DNA of 57,791 nucleotides from an uncultured Candidatus Saccharibacteria bacterium (GTDB lineage Bacteria > Patescibacteriota > Minisyncoccia > Phycocordibacterales > SBAW01): contig CAYHDT010000005.1 in assembly GCA_964355655.1 (NCBI GenBank), positions 1 through 57,791 of the forward strand, written 5' to 3'. A program made the translations under genes and the position numbers. A model generated the notes under the pieces. The model was not told where the DNA came from and made no database searches. It saw only the letters and a program-made list of their open reading frames with translations. Shown here piece by piece: positions 8,326 to 18,525 of this stretch. How positions within the stretch are numbered: position 1 is the first letter of the stretch; the number at the start of each line of letters is the position of its first letter.

Positions 8326-9929
8326 GATTTTTTGCGTGTGCGCGGAGCCGCGGCCTTGGTCGCTTTTTCCAGTGCCATTCGGATGTGCCGCCGCGCGAGA
8401 GTCGTCTTGGCGAAGTCGAGCCATTTTTGTTTCGGAGCGGCCGATTTTTTTGTCACAATCTCAACAATATCGCCGTTATGCAAGGTGGTGTCCAAAGCAA
8501 CGAGCTTGCCGTTGACTTTGGCGCCGAAGATACGGTCGCCTATGTCGGAGTGTATCGCGTAGGCAAAGTCGACGGGGCTGGAGTGCAGCGGCAAATCGAC
8601 TACATCGCCGGTCGGAGTAAAGACAAATACCCGCGCGGTAAAAATATCGGTTTTGAGCGTTGTTTCAAAATCCGGGTCCTGCGACTCCTCGGTAAGGTCC
8701 TGCAGCCATTCGGGCCCGCCCTGGGCGCCATAGCGGGCGCGTTCGGGCTTTCCTGCATCTGCGGCAGACGGCTCTTTTTCCGGCACACCCTTCTTATCGG
8801 GGTGAGCCATCTTGCGGAAGCTCGGTATCAGGCTTTTTATCCAGTCAAAGCTCGACTGTCGTCCGCCGCCGGAGCGGGCTCCCGGGCTTTGCGGACCGTC
8901 GCCCTCTTTGTATAAGACGTGCGCCGTGATGCCGTACTCGGCTTCGCGGTGCATGTCGGCCGTGCGTATCTGAATTTCGACGATGCCGCCGTCGCCGGAG
9001 AAAACCGTCGTGTGCAGACTTTGATAGCCGTTGGGCTTGGGGAAGGCGATGTAGTCTTTAATTTTATTAGGCAGGGGCTGCCATAGGTTGTTGACGATAC
9101 CAAGCACGCGATAGCAGTCGGGAACGTCCTTGACGATGATGCGCAACGCGGCGATGTCATATATTTTGTCGATATCGCCGCTCTTGCGTTTGAGCTTGCG
9201 CCACAGACTGTATAAGCCTTTGACCCGATAGTCGCTGTGGAACCCGGTTATCTCTTCCTTGGCTATTTGCTTGCGCAGGGTGCGCGACATCTTTTCGAGC
9301 CGCTCGAGCGTCTCTTCGGCGCGGCCGGCCAAAAGTTTTGTTGTCTCCGCAAACTCGGTTGGGAAAGCGTGCTCAAAAGCGAGGTCCTCCAGTTGCCGGC
9401 GCACAACTCCCATACCGAGCCGGTGGGCTATCGCCGCGTAAATTTCCAGCGTCTCCAGCGCGATGCGCGTGCGCTTTTCCTGCGGCACATATTGGAGCGT
9501 CCGCATATTATGCAGGCGGTCCATAAGCTTGATGATGAGCACGCGCGCATCTTTGCCGGTGGCCACCAGGAGCTTGCGGAGGCTCTCGCGGTGGCGCTCG
9601 GCCCCGCGGTACTTCAACCGCCCGAGCTTGGTAACGCCCTCCACTAAAAATTTGATTTCTTTTCCGAACTCCTTCTCAAGTGTTTCGGGGCTGACACCCG
9701 CGTCTTCTATGCTGTCGTGCAACAACCCGGCCGCAACCGTCTTGGCTCCCATGCCAAGCCCGGCCAGGCCTTTGGCCGTCTCGACCAAGTGCACCAGGTA
9801 CGGCTCGCCACTAAAGCGTTTGTGCTCCTTGTGCGCCTCGGCGGCAAAGTTGTAAGCCTTCTCCACCAATGCGAGCTCCTCGGCAGTTGGAGCGCCCATC
9901 TTTTGCAGGATTTCCTTTACGCTCTCCAT
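8322..9929 (-). CDS. RelA/SpoT (p)ppGpp synthetase/hydrolase (HD, SYNTH, TGS domains)
   Basis: RFSGEPY, LLHDSIED, KLMDRLHNMRTL, KDYIAFPKPNGYQSLHT, VFTPTG...VDFAYAIHSD. Confidence 0.95.
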   Translation of the reverse strand: MESVKEILQKMGAPTAEELALVEKAYNFAAEAHKEHKRFSGEPYLVHLVETAKGLAGLGMGAKTVAAGLLHDSIEDAGVSPETLEKEFGKEIKFLVEGVTKLGRLKYRGAERHRESLRKLLVATGKDARVLIIKLMDRLHNMRTLQYVPQEKRTRIALETLEIYAAIAHRLGMGVVRRQLEDLAFEHAFPTEFAETTKLLAGRAEETLERLEKMSRTLRKQIAKEEITGFHSDYRVKGLYSLWRKLKRKSGDIDKIYDIAALRIIVKDVPDCYRVLGIVNNLWQPLPNKIKDYIAFPKPNGYQSLHTTVFSGDGGIVEIQIRTADMHREAEYGITAHVLYKEGDGPQSPGARSGGGRQSSFDWIKSLIPSFRKMAHPDKKGVPEKEPSAADAGKPERARYGAQGGPEWLQDLTEESQDPDFETTLKTDIFTARVFVFTPTGDVVDLPLHSSPVDFAYAIHSDIGDRIFGAKVNGKLVALDTTLHNGDIVEIVTKKSAAPKQKWLDFAKTTLARRHIRMALEKATKAAAPRTRKKS

Positions 9930-10023
9930 ATAACCAGTGTACACACTGGAAGCTCCAAGCGCCAAATTTCAAATTATATACAAGCTCCAAAAAAGCTTAA
10001 AAATAAGGCTGTATTGACACCCC

Positions 10024-10052
10024 TTGACAAATCTGTTGTATTGGAGTACACT
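10024..10052 (+). promoter_or_regulatory. sigma70-type promoter
   Basis: TTGACA-N17-TACACT. Confidence 0.65.
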
Positions 10053-10107
10053 GGCACGCGGAACTCAGTCACAGTTTTAGTTTAGATCCGACCACGGGAG
10101 TTACTCC

Positions 10108-10377
10108 ATGCGCTATGGCATTCTTCTGGCTTCGTTATTGGCGATTTTGGTCGCCGCCAGCTCCTACGTGTTGCAAGTGCAAGTGAAGCATGTGCAGGTG
10201 CAGGCGGACAAGAGCACCAAAATCCTGCGGGTCCAGACGGAAGGATTGACCCGCACATTCGAAAATCTCTCCGCCGCCGTCAGCGCCTACAACGAAAGCG
10301 TTGGGGGCTTCATCAAGGCGACGAAAGAAAGAATACATCGAAGTGATGAAAAAACGGAACGCGACGACGGCGGCTAG
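10108..10377 (+). CDS. hypothetical protein, N-terminal TM/signal
   Basis: GGAG 7 nt before ATG; hydrophobic N-terminus; terminator AAACCCCGGA..TCCGGGGTTT at ~10417-10443. Confidence 0.65.
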   Translation: MRYGILLASLLAILVAASSYVLQVQVKHVQVQADKSTKILRVQTEGLTRTFENLSAAVSAYNESVGGFIKATKERIHRSDEKTERDDGG

Positions 10378-10445
10378 TATCGCTCAGTAGCAAGGTCCGC
10401 AACAACCTTAATGTTGCTAAACCCCGGACTTGTTCCGGGGTTTCG

Positions 10446-12728
10446 CTATTTCTCCTCCGTCTTTTTCTTTGCGAAACCTCTTCGTTTCTTTTCTTCCTTC
10501 AATATTTCCAGCGCGCGCGGGAGCTCGATTTCATACACATCGTCTTTTTTTAAGCTGCGGAAGTCGGCTTTGGGCTTGGTGTGGTGCGCGATGTACGGGC
10601 CGAAGCGCCCGATATTGGCCACAATCTGCTCCTTAGTCTCCGGATGCTCGCCGAGCACGCGGGGGAGCGAGAGGTACACCGCCGCGTCCTCCACGGTTAC
10701 GGTCGCCGGGTCTTTTTCTTTAGGTATGGAGGAGCGCTTGGGCTTTGGTTTTTTTGTCTTACCTTTGCCTTCGGGCATCTCGCCCAGTTGTACATACGGA
10801 CCGAAGCGTCCGCTCAACACGTAAATATTTTCTCCGGAATCGGGGTGCGTACCGATAGGTTTGCTCGGCTCGTTGCTGATAACCTCGCCGGTCTGCGTGC
10901 GTGCGCCCATGCAATCGGGAAAGCGCGCACACGACATAAACTTTCCTTGGCGCGAAAGCTTAAATACCATCGCGTTTCCGCAGGCTGGGCAGAGGAATTC
11001 CTCCGGCGCGGGCCCCAAGTCGGTTATCTTTCCGGCTTCTTTATCCTTCTTTTTAACTTCCTTTAAGAACGGCCCGTAAAAATCTTTAAGCGTTTTTGCG
11101 TACTCGCGTTTGCCGTCGGCTATCTCGTCGAGCTCATCTTCCATCTCGGCGGTAAAGGTGTCGGATATATAGGTGGGGAAGTTGGCCTCCAAAAAGCTCG
11201 ACACCACGTCGCCTGTGTCGGTGGGTTTAAGCGAACGGCCTTCTTTTGCCACGTAACCGCGTGCGTCGAGCGTCCGCATGATAGAAGCATAGGTCGAAGG
11301 CCTACCAATACCGCGCTTTTCCAGTTCTTTAATAAGCCCGGCTTCGGTGTAGCGCGGCGGCGGGGCGGTCTGCTTTTCCTCCGCCGACACTTCTTTTACA
11401 TCCAATGCTTCGCCGGCGGCAACTTTAGGCAGCTCCACATCCTCGCCGCGCGCGGCAGGGTCGGCCTTAAGCCACCCGTCAAACAAAATCCTGCTGCCGT
11501 TGGCAACAAAGGCAGGTAAGTCAGACTTCCCCAGTAAGTCTGACTTACTGCCTACCCGAGCTTCTATTTTGGTGCGCAATATTTTGGCGTCGGCCATCTG
11601 GCTTGCCACGGCGCGCGCCCAAATAAGTTCGTAGAGCTTTTTTTGTTCGGGCGTGGTGCCGGCGGACTGTTTGTCGGCATGAGTCGGGCGGATAGCTTCG
11701 TGGGCTTCCTGCGCGTTTTTGGACTTTTGGGCAAAGGTATGCGGTTCGGCGTAATTTTTGCCGAACTCTTTTTCCACCAACGCGAGTATGCCCGCCTGAG
11801 CGGCAGATCCGAGATTGGGAGAGTCGGTGCGCATGTACGTTATGTGCCCCGCTTCATACAATTTTTGCGCGATGCGCATGGTGTTAGAGGGTGAGTATCC
11901 CAGCCTAGAGGATGCCGACTGCTGGAGCGTAGAGGTAGTAAACGGCGGCCGCGTGGTGCGCTTGGCCTCTGTCTCGGACACGTCCCCGACAGTAAGGCCG
12001 TCTTTTTTAACCGCCGCGATTATTTTATCGGCCTCATCCTTTTTTTTAGGCTCCTCACTGCAGGTAAGCAACAGGTCTTCCCCGCCCGAATGACCGGAGC
12101 CATCCGGTCGGGCGGTTTTTTTCAGCGTCTTTGTGGCGGCGGTAATGACGTAAAAAGTTTCGGGTACAAACGCGCGTATCTCGCGCTCGCGTTCCATGAT
12201 GATGCGCAGCGCCGGCGATTGCACGCGCCCGGCGCTCAGACCGTAGCGCACTTTCTTCCAAATCAGGCCGGAGAGGTCGTAGCCCACCAAACGGTCCAGC
12301 ACCCGGCGCGCCTCCTGCGCGTAGCGGAGGTTTTCGTCTATCAGCCGGGGATTCTTAAGCGCCTGTTGAATAGCCTCCTTGGTTATCTCGTTAAATACGA
12401 TTCGTTTCGGTTTTTTGAGCCCCAGTTCCTGCCCGATATGCCAAGCGATAGCCTCACCCTCGCGGTCGGGGTCGGTTGCCAACAGTACCTCTGTAGATTT
12501 TTCAGAAAGTTCGCTCAGTTCGGCAATAACTTTTTGCTTGCCCGGTACCACTTCATAGTGGGGGACAAAACCGGCCTCGATATCTATCGCTTTTTTGTTG
12601 CTCTTGGGGAGGTCGCGCACGTGGCCCACCGAGGCGCGCACGACGAAGTCTCCCTTGGAATCTATTTCCTTAAGATACTTTTCTATAGTCTTCGCCTTCG
12701 CGGGCGACTCAACAATTACTAATTTCAT
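10446..12728 (-). CDS. topA: DNA topoisomerase I
   Basis: LVIVESPAKAKTI, DPDREGEAI, SAGRVQS, ITYMRTDS, GIGRPSTY. Confidence 0.98.
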   Translation of the reverse strand: MKLVIVESPAKAKTIEKYLKEIDSKGDFVVRASVGHVRDLPKSNKKAIDIEAGFVPHYEVVPGKQKVIAELSELSEKSTEVLLATDPDREGEAIAWHIGQELGLKKPKRIVFNEITKEAIQQALKNPRLIDENLRYAQEARRVLDRLVGYDLSGLIWKKVRYGLSAGRVQSPALRIIMEREREIRAFVPETFYVITAATKTLKKTARPDGSGHSGGEDLLLTCSEEPKKKDEADKIIAAVKKDGLTVGDVSETEAKRTTRPPFTTSTLQQSASSRLGYSPSNTMRIAQKLYEAGHITYMRTDSPNLGSAAQAGILALVEKEFGKNYAEPHTFAQKSKNAQEAHEAIRPTHADKQSAGTTPEQKKLYELIWARAVASQMADAKILRTKIEARVGSKSDLLGKSDLPAFVANGSRILFDGWLKADPAARGEDVELPKVAAGEALDVKEVSAEEKQTAPPPRYTEAGLIKELEKRGIGRPSTYASIMRTLDARGYVAKEGRSLKPTDTGDVVSSFLEANFPTYISDTFTAEMEDELDEIADGKREYAKTLKDFYGPFLKEVKKKDKEAGKITDLGPAPEEFLCPACGNAMVFKLSRQGKFMSCARFPDCMGARTQTGEVISNEPSKPIGTHPDSGENIYVLSGRFGPYVQLGEMPEGKGKTKKPKPKRSSIPKEKDPATVTVEDAAVYLSLPRVLGEHPETKEQIVANIGRFGPYIAHHTKPKADFRSLKKDDVYEIELPRALEILKEEKKRRGFAKKKTEEK
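11511..11552. repeat. in-frame palindromic insert in topA (AAGTC(A/T)GACTT pair)
   Basis: GTAAGTCAGACTT (11516-28) / AAGTCTGACTTAC (11536-48); peptide SKSDLLGKSDLP. Confidence 0.8.
12082..12115. repeat. in-frame hairpin insert in topA
   Basis: CCGCCC-GAAT-GACCGGA-GCCA-TCCGGTC-GGGCGG; peptide ARPDGSGHSGG. Confidence 0.75.
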
Positions 12729-12747
12729 ACAGACGTATCAATAGATA

Positions 12748-13611
12748 CTACACTCTTTCGATTTTACCAAGCCTCTCTACTATAAGCCCGCGGATGAGTA
12801 ATGACGAAAGAGCGATGTTTGCATCCTGCGCGCAGAGGCCGGAATTCTCTATCAATTCATCGCGCACCAAGGGTTCGGTAAGCGCATGAAGCGCCCGCAT
12901 CTCGGCCTGGCCAAGGTCGGTGGGGAGTGGCGCCTGTTTTGGCGTATCAAGCGGTTTTATCCCCAGCGCCTGCAGAATGTCATCCGCGGCGCGGACCAGC
13001 GTCGCGCCCTCGCGGATCAGGCGGTTGACACCGGCTCCGGTTTCGCGGCCCAGTTCGTGCGGTATTGCCAGCACCTCGCGGTTGTAGTCGAGCGCGAGCC
13101 GCGCGGTAATCAGCGTGCCGGACTTCTCGCCCGCTTCTATTATCAAAGCGGCGGCTGACATGCCCGCGCTTATGCGGTTGCGCTTAGGGAAGTCGTAGAT
13201 AGCGGCTTTGTGGGGCCCCCGCTCCTCGCTTATGAGCGCGCCGCCCCGGGCTAAAATACGCTGCGCTATCGGCTTGTTGGTCGACGGATATATAGAGGAG
13301 TCGTCGCAAGAAGAGGGAAGCACGGCGATAGTGCGGAGTCCGACATCCATTGCCGCTTTATGAGCCTCGGAGTCTATCCCGAGCGCCATGCCGGACACCA
13401 CCGCGACCGGATATCCGGCAAGGCCCGCGATGAGCTGTTGGCAGATGCGGCGTCCGTACAAAGAAGTGGCGCGCGAGCCGACGACACACAGGTACTTGTG
13501 GTCTTTAGGCGGGAGCTCGCCGCGAATATATAAGACTTTAGGCTTGTCGGGAATCTCGCGCAAAAGCGGCGGAAACTCCCTCGGTGGCAGTTGGCGTATA
13601 GGAAAAGACAT
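12748..13611 (-). CDS. dprA: DNA-processing protein DprA
   Basis: LREIPDKP, VVGSR, VSGMALGID, FPKRNRISAG, EAGEKSGTLITA. Confidence 0.95.
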   Translation of the reverse strand: MSFPIRQLPPREFPPLLREIPDKPKVLYIRGELPPKDHKYLCVVGSRATSLYGRRICQQLIAGLAGYPVAVVSGMALGIDSEAHKAAMDVGLRTIAVLPSSCDDSSIYPSTNKPIAQRILARGGALISEERGPHKAAIYDFPKRNRISAGMSAAALIIEAGEKSGTLITARLALDYNREVLAIPHELGRETGAGVNRLIREGATLVRAADDILQALGIKPLDTPKQAPLPTDLGQAEMRALHALTEPLVRDELIENSGLCAQDANIALSSLLIRGLIVERLGKIERV

Positions 13612-13626
13612 TGTAGTCTATTATAT

Positions 13627-14910
13627 ATGCTCGATTTGCAGTTTATCCGCGACAATACCGACATCGTCCGCGCGACGCTTGAAAACAAAAAGCGCGAGGT
13701 CGACCTTGACCGTCTTTTACAGCTGGCCGACGAGCGCAAAGCGGCCGCCGGCGAAGTCGGTGAGATAAATAAAAAACGAAACGAGGCGCAGCAAAATCGC
13801 GATGCCGAAGCGGGCAAGCGGCTGAAGGACGAGCTGAGGGTGGCGGAAGAGAAGTATGCCGCGCTTGAAAAAGAAGTTGTTTCGCTTTTGATAAAAATTC
13901 CTAATGTGCCTTCGGCAGACACTCCTATCGGTCCCGACGAGTCTGGCAATGTAGTTGTACGCGAGTGGGGAGAGAAGCGGGTTTTTAGTTTTAAACCTAA
14001 AGAGCACTTCGAGTTGGGCCGCGAGTTGGGCATTATCGATACTGAAAAAGCGACGGAAGTATCCGGCCCGCGCTTCGCATACCTGAAGGGTGACCTGGTG
14101 CTGATGGAGATGGCACTTATGGACCTCGCATGGAGAACGATTACCTCAGAGAGTACCCTTGCCAAAATAATCGCCGATGCGGGACTCTCGCTGAGCGCGA
14201 AACCTTTTATACCGGTAACCCCCCCGCTCATGATGCGCTCGGTGGTGATGAATCGCATGGCGCGGCTCGATCCGATAGACGAGCGCTACTATTTTGAGAA
14301 AGATGACCTGGTGTTTATCGGCAGCGCCGAGCATACGCTGGGCCCCTTGCATATGGACGAAAATTTGCCGGAGAGCGCGTTGCCGCTGCGCTACGCCGCG
14401 CTTACGCCGGCCTTCCGCCGCGAGGCGGGCACGTACGGTAAGGATACGAAAGGCATCTTGCGCTTGCATCAGTTTAATAAATTGGAAATGGAGTCGTTTA
14501 CCAAGCCGGAGGACGGCCTCTCCGAGCAGGAATTTATGGTGGCTATACAAGAATATCTGATGCAACAACTGCGTTTGCCGTACCGCGTCGTTTCAATTTG
14601 CACCGGAGACATGGGCTTTCCCGACCAGCGGCAAATAGATATAGAAACTTGGATGCCGGGCCAGGACCAATATCGCGAAACGCACACCTCCGATTATATA
14701 GGAGGCTTCCAGGCGCGGCGGCTCAATACTAAGGTCAAGCGCGCCGACGGCACCAGTGAACCCGTGCATATGAACGACGCCACCGCACTCTCTCAGCGCC
14801 CGCTTATTGCCATATTGGAGAACTACCAAAACGAGGACGGTTCGGTAACCGTGCCCGAGGTCCTGCGCGCGTATATGGGGAAAGAGAAGATTACTGCGAC
14901 ACAAAAGTAG
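13627..14910 (+). CDS. serS: seryl-tRNA synthetase
   Basis: MLDLQFIR, IPNVP, FRREAG...GILRLHQFNKLE, HMNDAT. Confidence 0.97.
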   Translation: MLDLQFIRDNTDIVRATLENKKREVDLDRLLQLADERKAAAGEVGEINKKRNEAQQNRDAEAGKRLKDELRVAEEKYAALEKEVVSLLIKIPNVPSADTPIGPDESGNVVVREWGEKRVFSFKPKEHFELGRELGIIDTEKATEVSGPRFAYLKGDLVLMEMALMDLAWRTITSESTLAKIIADAGLSLSAKPFIPVTPPLMMRSVVMNRMARLDPIDERYYFEKDDLVFIGSAEHTLGPLHMDENLPESALPLRYAALTPAFRREAGTYGKDTKGILRLHQFNKLEMESFTKPEDGLSEQEFMVAIQEYLMQQLRLPYRVVSICTGDMGFPDQRQIDIETWMPGQDQYRETHTSDYIGGFQARRLNTKVKRADGTSEPVHMNDATALSQRPLIAILENYQNEDGSVTVPEVLRAYMGKEKITATQK

Positions 14911-14912
14911 CC

Positions 14913-14984
14913 TGCGGGAGTCGCATAATTTCCTGCTGGAAATTTGCTGATTCTCGGCCCGTCGGCCTGCGAAACACTCCCGCA
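14913..14984. repeat. branched intergenic palindrome
   Basis: TGCGGGAGT...ACTCCCGCA enclosing AATTTCC-TGCT-GGAAATT and GGCC-CGTC-GGCC. Confidence 0.65.
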
Positions 14985-15014
14985 AACTACTTTTGTTTCG
15001 CTTATACTGTAGTT

Positions 15015-15821
15015 ATGGCCCGCGTAGAACTCCCCGAATCCCGCCTGCGGCTCCGCAAGCGCCGCCGCAGAGTGCGCGTTGCCGCTGTGTTTATTGTATT
15101 TGTTCTGATTGTGGTGTGCGGTTTAGTAGGTCTGACCTACTGGCCGGCTCTGCGGATAAAAGATGTTGCGGTAAGCGGCGCGCAGACGCTCCCGCCCGGC
15201 ACGGTTGAGGCTTTTGTACGCGACCGCCTGGCGGGGGAGTACTGGTACGTGTTTTCCAAGAGTAATATTTTTTTGTATCCAAAACAGCAAATTGCGGCCG
15301 ACCTTGTGCAGACGTATCCGGTGCTCGCAAGCGCCGATGTGCACGCGGCGGACTTTCATACCATCACAGTCAACCTCGTCGAGAGGGAACCGCGCGCCCT
15401 TTTGTGCTCGCAAGACAACAGATGTCTGTTTATGGATGAAAACGGCGTCGCGTATACCGATGCACCAATTTTTTCCGAGCCGGTGTATGTAAGCTATTAC
15501 GGCTCCACGACCGGCAACATGCTCCCTAAGCAGTTTTTAACGCCAGTGGAGTTCCAAGCGCTCTCCGCGCTGGTGGACGCGATAGCGCAAAAGCTGCAGG
15601 GCGAGCAGGCGGCGGACATAGCCGTCGACGGAGAAAAGGATGTCCGCATGCGCTTCGTGTCCGGCTTTACCCTTATCTTTGCGCTCTCCGACCATGGCGG
15701 CGACGTCTTCGAGCGGCTCGGGCTTGCCCTCATTGCCGAGCCGCTGGCGGCGCACAAACTATCGGACTTCGAGTATCTGGATTTGCGCTTCGGGGACAAA
15801 CTGTATTACAAATTGAAGTAA
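15015..15821 (+). CDS. FtsQ/DivIB-like protein
   Basis: Basic N-terminus, TM, POTRA-like segment, VNLVEREP, EYLDLRFGDKLY. Confidence 0.75.
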   Translation: MARVELPESRLRLRKRRRRVRVAAVFIVFVLIVVCGLVGLTYWPALRIKDVAVSGAQTLPPGTVEAFVRDRLAGEYWYVFSKSNIFLYPKQQIAADLVQTYPVLASADVHAADFHTITVNLVEREPRALLCSQDNRCLFMDENGVAYTDAPIFSEPVYVSYYGSTTGNMLPKQFLTPVEFQALSALVDAIAQKLQGEQAADIAVDGEKDVRMRFVSGFTLIFALSDHGGDVFERLGLALIAEPLAAHKLSDFEYLDLRFGDKLYYKLK

Positions 15822-16894
15822 TGAAAAATTTCTGGACTGAGCTCCCGAAGCCGTTTTTTGTATTGGCGCCGCTGGCGAATGTTACCGACGCGGCCTTTCG
15901 CCGCTTAATAGCCAAGTATTCGAAAATAGCCGGTGCCGCTCCCTATGTCACCTACACCGAGTTTGTCTCGGCCGACGGGTTGTGCAAGGCGGGAGAGGAA
16001 GGAAGGCGCAAGCTCATGCGCGACCTGATGTTTACAGACGCAGAGCGGCCTATTGTGGCGCAATTTTTTACCGCCACACCCGAGCATATGGAAAAAGCGG
16101 CTGCTCTGGCGCAGGAGCTCGGCTTTGACGGTGTCGATATAAATATGGGCTGTCCGGACAAGACCATCGAAAAGCAAGGCGCGGGAGCAAAATTGATTTT
16201 AAATCCCGAGCGAGCAGCAGAGCTAGTGCTGGCGGCAAAGCGCGGCGCTCCAAACTTGCCGGTCTCGGTTAAGACGCGGCTCGGGTACAATAAAGATATT
16301 TTAGAGGAGTGGCTGCCGGCGATTTTATCGGCGGAGCCGGCTGTACTTATTTTGCACGCGCGCACGCGTAAAGAAATGTCCAAGGTTCCCGCGCGCTGGG
16401 ACAGGGTCAAGCGCGCGGTCGAAATCCGCAACGAGCTCGGCAGCAAAACGTTGATTATCGGCAACGGCGACTTGCAAAACATAGCCGACGCTGAACAAAA
16501 AATAAAAGACTCCGGCGCGGATGGGGCGATGCTGGGCAGGGCGGTTTTTGGCCGTCCATGGCTTTTTGCCGAAGCTCCGGCAGAAGGGCTCGAAAAAAGG
16601 TCCTCGGATCTCCTGTCGTCGCCTACGGCGACGCAGGCCAGACCATTTTTTCAAACCCTTCCGCCTACGATTGGAGAGCGGCTACGTGTGGCGGTCGAGC
16701 ATACCAAGTTGTTTGAGGAGCTGCTCGGGGATATAAAAAACTTCGCGATTATGAAAAAGCACTTTAAAGCCTATTGCGAAGGCTTCCCTGGTGCTAAAGA
16801 GCTGCGGGTGCGGCTCATGGAGGCCGAAAATGCCGCCGAGGTGGAGCGTTTGGTGGAAGAGTATATACTTACGAATAATGAAGAAGGGAAGTGA
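15821..16894 (+). CDS. tRNA-dihydrouridine synthase
   Basis: LAPLANVTD, YTEFVS, DINMGCP, VSVKTRLG, LHART, IGNGD, MLGRA. Confidence 0.93.
   Translation: MKNFWTELPKPFFVLAPLANVTDAAFRRLIAKYSKIAGAAPYVTYTEFVSADGLCKAGEEGRRKLMRDLMFTDAERPIVAQFFTATPEHMEKAAALAQELGFDGVDINMGCPDKTIEKQGAGAKLILNPERAAELVLAAKRGAPNLPVSVKTRLGYNKDILEEWLPAILSAEPAVLILHARTRKEMSKVPARWDRVKRAVEIRNELGSKTLIIGNGDLQNIADAEQKIKDSGADGAMLGRAVFGRPWLFAEAPAEGLEKRSSDLLSSPTATQARPFFQTLPPTIGERLRVAVEHTKLFEELLGDIKNFAIMKKHFKAYCEGFPGAKELRVRLMEAENAAEVERLVEEYILTNNEEGK
16583..16661. repeat. in-frame branched palindromic insert in dus
   Basis: GAAGGG..GAAAAAAGGTC / GACC.TTTTTTC..CCCTTC with inner CGTCGCC-TAC-GGCGACG. Confidence 0.7.
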
Positions 16895-17927
16895 CAATGA
16901 ACGCACGCCTATGGCCCTGTACCGCAAGTACCGGCCTTCTAATTTCGGCGAAATACGCGGGCAAGCAGAGATAGTGTCGGTGCTGGAGGCCGCGGTTAAG
17001 AGCGGCAAAGTGGCGCACGCGTATTTGTTTGCCGGGGGCAGAGGTACGGGCAAAACCAGCATGGCGCGCATATTGGCCCGCGCTCTGGCTACCTCGGAAC
17101 AGGATATCTATGAGATGGACGCCGCCAGCAACCGCGGCATCGACGAGATACGCGAGCTGCGCGACGGGGTTTCGACGCTGCCGTTCAGTTCTAAATATAA
17201 ATTTTACATAATCGACGAGGCCCACGCACTGACCCGCGACGCGTGGGGCGCCTTGCTTAAAACTTTGGAGGAGCCGCCAGCGCACGTTATTTTTGTGCTG
17301 GCGACAACCGAGCTTGACCGCGTGCCGGACACTATTACCTCGCGATGTCAGACCTTCGCTTTTAAAAAGCCGTCGCACGAGACGTTAAAGAAGATGGTGC
17401 TCGACATCTCCAAAAAAGAAGGCGCGTCGCTTGCGCCTGCCGGAGCGGAGCTCATTGCTTTGATGGGCGAAGGCTCGTTCCGCGACACGCAGGGGATATT
17501 GCAAAAAGTACTCACAGTATCAACGGACGATAGATTGACCGAGGAGGAAATCGGCAAAGTGGTCGGAGCGCCGAAGAGCGGACTCGTAAATACTTTTTTA
17601 CAGTCGCTCGCCGCCAAGGATATTGCGGGCGCTGTAGAGGTATTTCATCAGGCGGCACACAACGGCTCCGAGCCAAAAGTATTTGCTTTGCTCGCGGTTA
17701 CCAAAGTGCGCGCAGTCTTGCTGCTGCGCTTTGCGCCTAAATTAAAAAAAGAGTTGGAAAGCCAGTTCGGCGAGGATGATTTAAAAGTATTGGAGAATTT
17801 AGCAGGCGAGGGTCTTGCGATAAACGCTGCTTTGCTTGCGGAGCTCCTGACCGCGCTGATAGAGATGAATCGCGCCCCGCTCCCGCAAATCCCCCTGGAG
17901 CTTGCCTTATATAGGGCGCTGGGCTAG
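16878..17927 (+). CDS. dnaX: DNA polymerase III gamma/tau
   Basis: ALYRKYRP, HAYLFAGGRGTGKT, DAASNRGID, IIDEAH, LKTLEEPP; start may be 16911. Confidence 0.95.
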   Translation: MKKGSDNERTPMALYRKYRPSNFGEIRGQAEIVSVLEAAVKSGKVAHAYLFAGGRGTGKTSMARILARALATSEQDIYEMDAASNRGIDEIRELRDGVSTLPFSSKYKFYIIDEAHALTRDAWGALLKTLEEPPAHVIFVLATTELDRVPDTITSRCQTFAFKKPSHETLKKMVLDISKKEGASLAPAGAELIALMGEGSFRDTQGILQKVLTVSTDDRLTEEEIGKVVGAPKSGLVNTFLQSLAAKDIAGAVEVFHQAAHNGSEPKVFALLAVTKVRAVLLLRFAPKLKKELESQFGEDDLKVLENLAGEGLAINAALLAELLTALIEMNRAPLPQIPLELALYRALG

Positions 17928-17958
17928 AGTTTTTGTAGAAGGAAACAGGGAGGACAGC

Positions 17959-18447
17959 ATGTCCAACGTCATTCAGGCTGAATTCTTCTTCGTCGGCAAC
18001 CATCTAAAAAGGGCCGTGCGGTTTACCGACTTGGGAGTTCTCACGTCCCTCGTCAGAAAGATCGAAAAAAATAGAACCAAGAGAGACGAAATTTGCGATA
18101 AATTTTCAACTTTCGGTCCTCTGAGGAAAAAGTATGAAACTTGGCGGGTGCGGCGCTTGGCCGGGAAGGCCATTCGGCTGAGAGACGACCTTCATCTCAC
18201 AGTATTGCGACGCATGACCCAATTGGCCGGTCGTCCCGAAGAGGTTGCGATTGAGCGGCTTAACCGTACATTCCGCCCTTCACGGTCTGGCGAGCTGATG
18301 TCCTTGTTGCGTAACGTAAAGGAGACCGAGCCTAATGCAATAAGGTCTCTGTTTTTCGTTACACATTGGCCCAAGATGTTCGTATTTGCCTACGGCGAAT
18401 GCGAACTATGCACCGACGATCCGCCTCAAGTGGCTTTTGGATTTTAG
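17959..18447 (+). CDS. hypothetical protein
   Basis: GGAGG 5 nt before ATG; TTGCCT-17-TAGAGT upstream; terminator after the stop. Confidence 0.65.
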   Translation: MSNVIQAEFFFVGNHLKRAVRFTDLGVLTSLVRKIEKNRTKRDEICDKFSTFGPLRKKYETWRVRRLAGKAIRLRDDLHLTVLRRMTQLAGRPEEVAIERLNRTFRPSRSGELMSLLRNVKETEPNAIRSLFFVTHWPKMFVFAYGECELCTDDPPQVAFGF

Positions 18448-18448
18448 C

Positions 18449-18476
18449 GCCCCGCACATGCGGGGCTTTTTCTTTT
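18449..18476 (+). terminator. intrinsic terminator
   Basis: GCCCCGC-ACAT-GCGGGGC followed by a T-tract. Confidence 0.8.
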
Positions 18477-18525
18477 AATGGGGATAGATCGTACCAAGGT
18501 ATTATATTTACGGTAGAATATAAGC

